From assembly GCA_945859975.1 (NCBI GenBank), contig CAMAPH010000042.1:1-22517 (forward strand): DNA of 22,517 bases, in the 5' to 3' direction. This document shows, one piece after another, positions 8,867 through 15,897 of this stretch. The notes beneath the pieces were generated by a model. That model saw only the letters and a list, made by a program, of their open reading frames with translations. It did no database searches and was not told where the DNA came from. The DNA comes from Chthonomonas calidirosea (lineage in GTDB: Bacteria > Armatimonadota > Fimbriimonadia > Fimbriimonadales > Fimbriimonadaceae). The stretch's first letter is position 1; every line of letters starts with the position of its first letter. The translations under genes were made by a program, and so were the position numbers.

Positions 8867-9202
8867 ATGGATCACTACGACATCTGGGTCGATTTGGCCC
8901 CAGGGGTGAAGGACCTTGAGTTCGTTTCTGCCGTTCAGGCCTACTTGGGCAGCTTCGTTGATGCGGGCAAGATTGCCGAGTACCGCATTGCTCGCCGCAA
9001 GTTCGGCTTTGCGCCACCTTGTCTTGCAGAGTTTCATATCCGAATCTCCGTGAACAATCTAGCCCAGCTTGACGAGGCTTTCCAATCCGCTGCAACACGT
9101 GAGGACCCGGTTGAGTCGCTGCATGCGGCCGTGTTTTCGAAGGTCGTCAACTTCAAATCGGCCCTGTATCGAGACTTTCCCGATCCGGTTCGAAAGGTCT
9201 GA
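8867..9202 (+). CDS. Conserved hypothetical protein, DUF6614-like
   Basis: 111 aa with the pattern Y.IW.DL..GV.D..F...YLG...RRKFGF.P..L.EFHI...LAQLD.AF...VE.LH...ALYRDFPD, recalled as the DUF6614 family and not confirmed by search. Confidence 0.7.
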   Translation: MDHYDIWVDLAPGVKDLEFVSAVQAYLGSFVDAGKIAEYRIARRKFGFAPPCLAEFHIRISVNNLAQLDEAFQSAATREDPVESLHAAVFSKVVNFKSALYRDFPDPVRKV

Positions 9203-9344
9203 ATTGTTTCCGACCGATCGCGGTTTGACGCGATAGCTAGGCGAGAATCACCCTTGTGGATTGGCACGAGTGGAGCTTGGACGGGATTATCTGGTGGTTC
9301 TCGAACATGAGCTGGCCGAGTTTTCGGCGGCGAAAGAGGGACCG

Positions 9345-9470
9345 ATGGAGTTGATCTGCCTCGTGCTGGAATGGCTTGGCTTCGCGTGGGACTTTGTCAT
9401 CGGAGCCGCGCAAGTTGTTGACGTTTGCCGTGATATCCGCGACCGATCTAACAACGATCTTTGGAACTGA
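9345..9470 (+). CDS. Possible 41-aa small protein
   Basis: Purine-rich AAAGAGGG 4 nt before ATG 9345, hydrophobic N-terminal half (MELICLVLEWLGFAWDFVIGAA), and it sits in an otherwise empty gap of about 290 bp. Confidence 0.3.
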   Translation: MELICLVLEWLGFAWDFVIGAAQVVDVCRDIRDRSNNDLWN

Positions 9471-9496
9471 TGCAAAACCTCGTAGATTCAGACAAA

Positions 9497-11218
9497 ATGC
9501 CTCTTAACATGCCAGCAATGAAGCCGTCGGCAAGATCGCTCGGAGACGTTCTTCGACAACGCATCGAGGAGAATCCGGACAAGGTGGCCATGTTGGTGCC
9601 GCCAGAAAAGGGGAGCGAAGAGTTCACTTCGATCACTTATCATCAGCTCGGGAAGCGGGTTCGGCAGATTGCAGGAACGCTTCGGTTTCTTGGCTTGACC
9701 AAAGGAGAGCGGCTTGGGCTGTATGCCGAGAACAGTGCCGAGTGGGCGCAGGTGGACTGGGCTTGCCAGTGCCTTGGGGTCATTCTGGTGCCCGTGTATT
9801 CCAGCTTGCCAGGTGACCAGGCCGGGGTGATTCTCCGCGATGCTGGGGTCAAGATCACTTTGACCGGCAGTGAGGAGATGGCACGTCGGATTGAGGACTT
9901 TCCCTCGATGCCGTTGAAGGGGCCGGGGTCGCTGATGCAGATGTCGGAGCATCATGAGCTCTCCGTCGCCGATTGGAATGCGGCTATTGATCTGGTTGGG
10001 CCGGAGGATGTTTGTACGCTGATTTATACGAGCGGGACGACGGGGCAGCCGAAGGGGGTCATGTTGCCGCATCGGGCAGCGATTCATGTCATCGACGTGG
10101 TTCCTCGGGAGATCAATTTGGGGCCGGGGGATATCTTCTTTTCCTTCCTTCCGATGAGCCATGTTTATGAGCGGGTTGCCGGGCAGTTTTTGCCGATTGG
10201 AACCGGGGGAACCGTCGCTTACGCCAAGAATCTGGCTTCGATTGGCAACGACATGATGAAGGTTCGACCGACCGTCATGCTCTGCGTTCCGCGGTTTTTG
10301 GAGTCGTTCTTTGATCGTGTGACCGATTCGGTGAAGAAGTCTTCGCCGCTGAAGCAGAAGCTGTTTCACTTTGCTTTTGCCCAGGGCGTGAAGCGGGCGA
10401 AGGGGGAGTTTGCGCCTTTTGCGAATCTGCTGGATAAGGTTGTGATGGAGAAAGTCCGTGCCCGGACCGGGGGGCGGCTGCGGTTCTTCGTGAGCGGCGG
10501 GGCGGCTTTGCCTCCGCATGTTGCCGAGTTTTACATGGCGCTTGGGCTCACCGTTTTGCAGGGGTACGGCCTCAGCGAGACGGCCGGGGCGAGTGTGGTG
10601 AATCGGCCGGAGCGGAACAAGTATTGGACGGTTGGCGAGCCGCTGGATATGGAAGTGAAGCTGGCGGAGGACGGCGAGATTCTGCTGCGAGGTCCAGGGT
10701 TGATGTTGGGCTATTACAACATGCCGGAAGAGACGGCGAAGGTGATTGATGCCGAGGGCTGGTTCCATTCGGGGGACATTGGCGAGTACGAAGGGGTGAA
10801 TTTGAAGATCACCGACCGGAAGAAGGACCTGATCGTCCTGGGGAACGGCAAAAACGTAGCGCCGCAGCCTCTGGAGAATCGGCTGAAGCAGAGTCCGTTT
10901 ATTCTCGAAGCCGTGGTATTCGGCGACGGAATGGAGTACTGCGTCGGGCTGATTGTTCCGGCGGCGGAACGCGTTCGAGAGGCTTTGGGTCTCGCTGAGT
11001 CGGTCGACCTGACCACCGATCCGGCGGTTCGAAAGCTTCTGAAGGCGGAGATCGACCGGCAGAACAAACTCGGCGCGAACTACGAAGCGGTCAAGCGCTT
11101 CGCCATCCTCGCCACCCCGTTCTCCCAAGACTCGGGCGAGCTAACTCCGACCTTTAAGGTGAAGCGACGGTTCGTTCGGGAGAAGTACGCGGAAGTTTTG
11201 AAGTCGCTCGACGTGTGA
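9497..11218 (+). CDS. Long-chain-fatty-acid--CoA ligase (AMP-dependent synthetase, FadD15/ACSL-like)
   Basis: ANL motifs IYTSGTTGQPKG, SFLPMSHVYER, QGYGLSET, GWFHSGDIG, ITDRKKDLIV and ELTPTFKVKR. The start is uncertain (ATG 9497, 9509 or 9518). Confidence 0.92.
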   Translation: MPLNMPAMKPSARSLGDVLRQRIEENPDKVAMLVPPEKGSEEFTSITYHQLGKRVRQIAGTLRFLGLTKGERLGLYAENSAEWAQVDWACQCLGVILVPVYSSLPGDQAGVILRDAGVKITLTGSEEMARRIEDFPSMPLKGPGSLMQMSEHHELSVADWNAAIDLVGPEDVCTLIYTSGTTGQPKGVMLPHRAAIHVIDVVPREINLGPGDIFFSFLPMSHVYERVAGQFLPIGTGGTVAYAKNLASIGNDMMKVRPTVMLCVPRFLESFFDRVTDSVKKSSPLKQKLFHFAFAQGVKRAKGEFAPFANLLDKVVMEKVRARTGGRLRFFVSGGAALPPHVAEFYMALGLTVLQGYGLSETAGASVVNRPERNKYWTVGEPLDMEVKLAEDGEILLRGPGLMLGYYNMPEETAKVIDAEGWFHSGDIGEYEGVNLKITDRKKDLIVLGNGKNVAPQPLENRLKQSPFILEAVVFGDGMEYCVGLIVPAAERVREALGLAESVDLTTDPAVRKLLKAEIDRQNKLGANYEAVKRFAILATPFSQDSGELTPTFKVKRRFVREKYAEVLKSLDV

Positions 11219-11226
11219 TTCTTCGC

Positions 11227-11284
11227 TCCGAAAATTTATTGTTTAATGTTCCCGCCTTAGGCGCGAAACATAAATTTCTGCGGA
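11227..11284. repeat. AT-rich imperfect inverted repeat between the acyl-CoA ligase and mntA
   Basis: TCCG/CGGA ends, AAATTTAT (11232-11239) pairing with ATAAATTT (11270-11277), inner ATGTT/AACAT and a central CGCCT-T-AGGCG. Confidence 0.5.
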
Positions 11285-11401
11285 CAGGGGTTGTTTGGAG
11301 TTTTGTTGCACACTTCTAAAGGTCCCGAGAACCGAGTTTGTCAATCAGGGATTTTTGGAAAGCTGGCTTAGAATTTGAATCTTGGCGGAAGGAACTCATT
11401 G

Positions 11402-11812
11402 ATGGATCGCGAAACGATATTGGGAATCATCACCAAGCACTACCCGTCCACGCAGGCGGTCTATCTGTTTGGTTCGTTCGATTCGCCACATCAGAGGGCC
11501 GAAAGCGACGTGGACTTGGCGCTTCTGCTACCTTTGCCCGAAGCGGCAACTTCGACGTCGCTGATGATCAGCGACTGCCGCTATGAGCTTGAGGACGTTC
11601 TCAAGCGCGAGGTGGACTTGATCAGCGCACGCGATTCAGATACGGTGTTTCAGAAGGAAATCATCGAGGGCGGTCGGCGGATTGCTTGCTGGGACAATGA
11701 CGCCGCAATCGAATTTGAGTTCATGACCCTTTCCATGTATCAAAAGCTGAACGAAGAGCGAGCCGCGATACTAGATCAATTCGCCCAAACGAAAAGAGCT
11801 TACAAAGTATGA
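11402..11812 (+). CDS. mntA: Minimal nucleotidyltransferase antitoxin (type VII TA, MntA family)
   Basis: Exact GS-X10-DXD motif (GSFDSPHQRAESDVD), a later VDL, and the C-terminal helix LSMYQKLNEER. AAGGA SD-like sequence before ATG 11402 and an ATGA overlap with the HEPN gene. Confidence 0.9.
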   Translation: MDRETILGIITKHYPSTQAVYLFGSFDSPHQRAESDVDLALLLPLPEAATSTSLMISDCRYELEDVLKREVDLISARDSDTVFQKEIIEGGRRIACWDNDAAIEFEFMTLSMYQKLNEERAAILDQFAQTKRAYKV

Positions 11813-12228
11813 ATGACGTGATTATCAACAAGGCACAAAGCGTCCAGCGGTGTGTCCGACGGGCCCGGGAAGAGTACGAAAAGAGCCCAGCGAACTTCCG
11901 AACCGACTTCACGGTACAAGATGCCGCCATCCTCAACGTGCTTCGAGCCTGCGACAGCACGATTGATCTCGCAAATCACTTGATCCGGGTCAAACAGTTG
12001 GGAGTGCCCGTGTCTAGCGGAGATAGCTTTCGGCTTCTCGCGGCGGAGCGAATCATCTCGTCAAGGTTGGCCGAGCAGATGAAAAAGATGATCGGGTTTC
12101 GGAATATCACGGTCCATCAGTACACGTCGGTTGACTTGGAGATCGTGGTCTCGGTGATCACGAAAGAGCTGGACCACTTGATCGAGTTCGTGGACGTTGT
12201 TTTTGATCAGATCAACTCGGACAATTGA
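11809..12228 (+). CDS. hepT: HEPN RNase toxin (type VII TA, HepT/DUF86 family)
   Basis: R-X4-H-X-Y motif intact (GFRNITVHQY), N-terminus MNDVIINK...RC, and QDAAILN...IDLANH. Translationally coupled to mntA. Confidence 0.92.
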   Translation: MNDVIINKAQSVQRCVRRAREEYEKSPANFRTDFTVQDAAILNVLRACDSTIDLANHLIRVKQLGVPVSSGDSFRLLAAERIISSRLAEQMKKMIGFRNITVHQYTSVDLEIVVSVITKELDHLIEFVDVVFDQINSDN

Positions 12229-12309
12229 GGCAACGGGCGCGGATCCGGGCCTTCAAAGTAGACCTTCAGCAGCAACTTGGAGGATGGTGGCGAATGCCAA
12301 ACTCTCTAA

Positions 12310-12885
12310 GTGAGACTTTGGGGCTCAATGTGTTCGATTTGCTTTGACGAGTTGGTGCCGCACTTGGGTCAGGTGACTGAAGTGTCGCTGAGTATATCTG
12401 TCAAGTCGATCGGACCTTACGGAGGCACCCCACCGGATAGCGACTGGCCGTTTGACCTTTCTGGCCTTGGTCCCAATAACCTCGTACAATTCCCGAACCT
12501 TGAGCGTACGTTCACCGGCGTAACGGGTTCGCTCCGGTTTCAGGACGAACAAATCTCACAAGCGGTGATTCATTCCCGAGTTCCGCTAGCAGTGCACGGT
12601 TCATACAGAGGTCCGTTTCGTACGCAACTGGAGGAGTTGCTGGTAGGCGCGGATGAGCGAGACTGCGCGGCACTCGGAGAGTTTTTTATTGGTAGCCGAG
12701 AACTTAAAGCGTCGGCTTTTAATTTTGTTCCCGTGCGCATGCTTCGATTCCAATCGCTGTGCCTTAGAACGGGCGACCCTCGGTTTGGGGAATGGTTTGA
12801 CGTGACCCGGTACGGTCACCTCGGCTCAGATCCCGATCTGATCGGGGCGCCGGTGTGCGTCGCAGAGGTTGAACTACTTGCGTAG
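12310..12885 (+). CDS. Hypothetical protein
   Basis: 191-aa ORF co-oriented with its neighbours that fills the gap, with ordinary globular composition. No family recognised and the start is uncertain (GTG 12310 or ATG 12328). Confidence 0.55.
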   Translation: MRLWGSMCSICFDELVPHLGQVTEVSLSISVKSIGPYGGTPPDSDWPFDLSGLGPNNLVQFPNLERTFTGVTGSLRFQDEQISQAVIHSRVPLAVHGSYRGPFRTQLEELLVGADERDCAALGEFFIGSRELKASAFNFVPVRMLRFQSLCLRTGDPRFGEWFDVTRYGHLGSDPDLIGAPVCVAEVELLA

Positions 12886-12904
12886 CTTGTTGGGTCACAA
12901 GTAA

Positions 12905-13330
12905 GTGCCATCAAAATCGAAGAGCAAACATAAGCTGGAGACTCGAATCCTGGCCATGACGGCCGTCGAGGAGGGGGACTCGGTGTCGGAGTGGACTTCG
13001 GTTGAGTACGAGATTCGGATCGTGGCAGAGGACGGCACGGTCTGCTTTTCTGATGTCGTTTGCTGCGATTTGGCGCACGTGCTTGGCCTGCTGTTGGGAG
13101 TGCAGGCGCACCATCCGGTGTCGTTTCCGATCCACGTGGATGAGGTTGTGCCAGAGCTTCAGCTGGCCGAGAGCCCTCTAGCGATTAACCACGAGCTTAT
13201 TTTCAAGCAACGAAAGTTCAAAGGATGGAAACGGTCGCTGGTTCGGCTGTTCGCGTTTTCTCACGCGGAACCCCGAACGTTTGCTCAATCGGGTATGCAT
13301 CGCGAATGGCTTTCGTCGCACTTTTGCTGA
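12905..13330 (+). CDS. Hypothetical protein
   Basis: 141-aa ORF starting 19 nt after the previous stop. No family recognised. Its 3' end overlaps the peptidase start by 25 nt. Confidence 0.4.
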   Translation: MPSKSKSKHKLETRILAMTAVEEGDSVSEWTSVEYEIRIVAEDGTVCFSDVVCCDLAHVLGLLLGVQAHHPVSFPIHVDEVVPELQLAESPLAINHELIFKQRKFKGWKRSLVRLFAFSHAEPRTFAQSGMHREWLSSHFC

Positions 13331-15804
13331 TTTCACAAAGCACCGCCGCTCAAGCTCCGCCGGCTCAAGCACCCGCGGTCGACACCCTGGCGGTCGAGAG
13401 CTATCTTCAGCCTCCAAAGTCGATCATGGAGGCGGCGATGGCGCCTTGGTGGTTGAACGTATCGCTCACCAACCTCAACTCGCAGGGGACCTACTCCCTC
13501 ATCGTCGACCGCGATGGTCCGCCGACGCTGGCGCGGATGGCGGTGCCGACGGAGAATTTGGCGGGATTGCAGATCGACACGCGTGGACTGCGGGAGCGGG
13601 GGGCGTACGTTCGGAGCGCGTCGGGAATGCGGTTCTTCGACCACGCAAACCAGCGATTTGTCTCGATTGAGCTACCCAAGAACGCGCGGTATAGCGATCC
13701 TTCGTGGGGCCCAGACGGCGAGACGATCGCCTTTTTCACCCACTTTGAAGACCGAACCGAGGTGTGGACGGCCAACGCAAAGACCGGACGAGCCACCGCG
13801 GCAACCAAGACTCCAGCGTTGCCGACACTTTGCGGCGACCTACAGTGGACCCGCAACGGGCGAATCGCGGTGGTTCTTCAGCCAGACGGATTCAAGCGGC
13901 CCGCCCCCCGAGAAGCGGTGGCAAGCAGCCCAAGAATCCAGACCGCGGATAGTAAGCGAAACAGCCTGCGCACTTATGCCTCGCTGCTGAAGACCCCGGA
14001 CGATCAGCGACTTCTTGAGAGTTTCACGTCCGGGCAACTTTCAGTGATCATCCCGGGCGGGCCAGTGATCAAGTTCGGCAAACCGGCCATGTGGAAGACC
14101 CTTTCCGCTTCGCCGAATGGGCAACTTGTACGGGCGACGGTGATGACGAAGCCGTTTTCGTACCTGGTTCCGGCGAGCAGCTTTGGCGAACGGGAAGTCG
14201 TGCTCGACAAGGAAGGCAGGGAACTGATCGAGCTTTCAAAACGAGCGTTGCGACTGGGAGAAGCGGACCCAGCGGCGACGCCAGCCCCCACCGGCCCTCG
14301 CGGCGGTGGCCCAGCCGCGGCCCAAGCGGCACCCGCACGAGAGGATGATTCCAAGCGGACCATCGCCTGGCACCCCGAGCAGGACGCCCTGACCTTCTTG
14401 CAACTCGGACCAGCGAACGCGGACCGAAAGCGTAAGGACCGCCTCGTGCTTTGGAAGGCACCGTTTACGGACAAAGACCAGACCGACATTTTCGAAACAG
14501 ACGGTCGAATCTCCTCCGCGCGGTTTGGCTTGACGCTGAACGACCTCTTCGTCAGCCAGACGGTGGACAGCCGGTCTCGCACCGACTACGTGGTGCTGAA
14601 ATCGAGCACGCCGAGCGTGACTTTGTTCACCGGCGGCGGAGCAGCCCCGGCAGCGCAAGCGGGTGGACCGCCCGCTGCGGCCGGCCCTGGTGGAGGAGTC
14701 TCTCTGGTCACCTCCGGCGGACGCATCCGCATGACGGCAGATCGCAAGTTCGTCTTTGTTTCCGGCACAAAGACAAACACCGACGAAGGTCAGGGACCCC
14801 AGCCGTACATTGAACGAGTCGCCCTCGCCGATGCCAAGAAGGAGCGCATCTTCGAAGGCAAGACGGACGTTTACGAGACGGCGCAAATTCTGGATGACAC
14901 CGGCACCAAGTTCTTGGTCACCCGCCAATCGAAGACGGTCCCGCCAAACAACTTCTTGGTGACCGCCGACAACCGGAACGGTAACGCGCTGACGACCAAC
15001 AAGGACTACAACCCCGACCTCACCGGCGCAGTTCGCGAGAGCATCACGGTCACCCGGGCCGACGGAATGAAGTTCCAGGTTCGAGTCACGATGCAGGCGG
15101 GCGCTTACCGCCGTCCCGCGTTCTTCTGGTTCTATCCGAACGAATACGTTGATCAGGCGGCTTACAACCGAACCCTTCGCGAGCGAAACCCGAACCTGTT
15201 TAGCCAAATCAGCGGCGGAAATAAGGCGATTTTGCTCCGTGCAGGCTACGTACTTGTCGAGCCAGATTGTCCGATCTTCGGGCCGGCCGGTCGGCAGAAC
15301 GACAGCTACGTTCCGCAGCTTCGGAACAACCTGAGCGCGGTGCTGGACGAGCTTCACGAGAAAGGCTGGATCGACCGAAAGCGGGTCGGTTTGGGCGGTC
15401 ACTCTTACGGTGCGTTCTCCACGGTCAACGCGATGGTTCACACGCCGTTCTTCAAGTGCGGCATTGCGGGCGATGGAAACTACAACCGAATGCTCACGCC
15501 GTTTGGCTTCCAGACGGAGCAGCGGCAGCTTTGGGAAGGCCGGGAGATGTATCTGAACATGAGCCCGATTCTTTATGCCGAACAGCTCACTGGCGCATTG
15601 CTGATGTACCACGGTGAGCAGGACCAGAACCTGGGTACGGCGCTGATCAACAGCGAGCGGCTGTTTACGGCACTGGAAGCTCTCGGAAAGCCGTCGGCAC
15701 TGTACGTGTATCCGTACGAGGATCACGGGCAGATTGCGAAGGAAACGATGCTGGACCAGTGGGCGCGATGGGTGGCTTGGCTGGATAAGTACCTTAAACC
15801 TTGA
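13306..15804 (+). CDS. Secreted S9 family serine peptidase (glutamyl-endopeptidase/S9D-like), beta-propeller plus alpha/beta hydrolase
   Basis: Catalytic triad motifs GGHSYG, YHGEQDQN and YEDHG, plus the subfamily motif YNRMLTPFGFQTEQRQLWE. Start placed at ATG 13306 (MAFVALLLISQSTAAQ, signal-like). Confidence 0.9.
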   Translation: MAFVALLLISQSTAAQAPPAQAPAVDTLAVESYLQPPKSIMEAAMAPWWLNVSLTNLNSQGTYSLIVDRDGPPTLARMAVPTENLAGLQIDTRGLRERGAYVRSASGMRFFDHANQRFVSIELPKNARYSDPSWGPDGETIAFFTHFEDRTEVWTANAKTGRATAATKTPALPTLCGDLQWTRNGRIAVVLQPDGFKRPAPREAVASSPRIQTADSKRNSLRTYASLLKTPDDQRLLESFTSGQLSVIIPGGPVIKFGKPAMWKTLSASPNGQLVRATVMTKPFSYLVPASSFGEREVVLDKEGRELIELSKRALRLGEADPAATPAPTGPRGGGPAAAQAAPAREDDSKRTIAWHPEQDALTFLQLGPANADRKRKDRLVLWKAPFTDKDQTDIFETDGRISSARFGLTLNDLFVSQTVDSRSRTDYVVLKSSTPSVTLFTGGGAAPAAQAGGPPAAAGPGGGVSLVTSGGRIRMTADRKFVFVSGTKTNTDEGQGPQPYIERVALADAKKERIFEGKTDVYETAQILDDTGTKFLVTRQSKTVPPNNFLVTADNRNGNALTTNKDYNPDLTGAVRESITVTRADGMKFQVRVTMQAGAYRRPAFFWFYPNEYVDQAAYNRTLRERNPNLFSQISGGNKAILLRAGYVLVEPDCPIFGPAGRQNDSYVPQLRNNLSAVLDELHEKGWIDRKRVGLGGHSYGAFSTVNAMVHTPFFKCGIAGDGNYNRMLTPFGFQTEQRQLWEGREMYLNMSPILYAEQLTGALLMYHGEQDQNLGTALINSERLFTALEALGKPSALYVYPYEDHGQIAKETMLDQWARWVAWLDKYLKP

Positions 15805-15862
15805 TGGAATCTGCCGCGCGTTTGCGGAAATGTTGAACGCGGTTGCAGAACATTGTCGTCAG

Positions 15863-15895
15863 AATAGTTCGGGGCGTTTGTCCCGGACTATTTTT
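15863..15895 (+). terminator. Intrinsic terminator-like hairpin
   Basis: AATAGTTCGGGGC (15863-15875) pairs with GTCCCGGACTATT (15880-15892): 13 bp with two G-U, a GTTT loop and a T5 run at 15891-15895. Confidence 0.6.
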
Positions 15896-15897
15896 GT

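Noticed and set aside
8805..9098. 98-aa N-terminal extension of alaS in the ORF track
   Set aside because: AlaRS homology begins at MTVRELR (8804), and the extension overlaps the divergent 8867 gene.
9488..11128. 546-aa minus-strand ORF
   Set aside because: Lies almost entirely antisense to the well-supported acyl-CoA ligase, is His/Arg/Pro-rich and has no motifs, so it is a shadow ORF.
11338..11374. Sigma70 promoter TTGTCA...TAGAAT for mntA
   Set aside because: The spacer is 25 nt, too long for a canonical pair. TAGAAT alone may still be a -10.
9203..11401. Replication origin (TGTGGATTG at 9255, AT-rich 11219-11401)
   Set aside because: Only one DnaA-box-like word with two mismatches, no box cluster and no dnaA/dnaN neighbours.
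13225..13305. Longer start for the S9 peptidase
   Set aside because: It would bury the signal-like segment and overlap the upstream ORF by about 100 nt, so ATG 13306 fits better.
11219..13305. Integron cassette array or IS around the TA pair
   Set aside because: No attC-type RYYYAAC...GTTRRRY sites, integrase, transposase or target-site duplication. The loose GTTTG(C)TCAATC(A)GGG match at about 11336 and 13279 is too short and gapped to call a repeat.
14236..15726. 496-aa minus-strand ORF
   Set aside because: Antisense shadow of the S9 peptidase with no recognisable domain.
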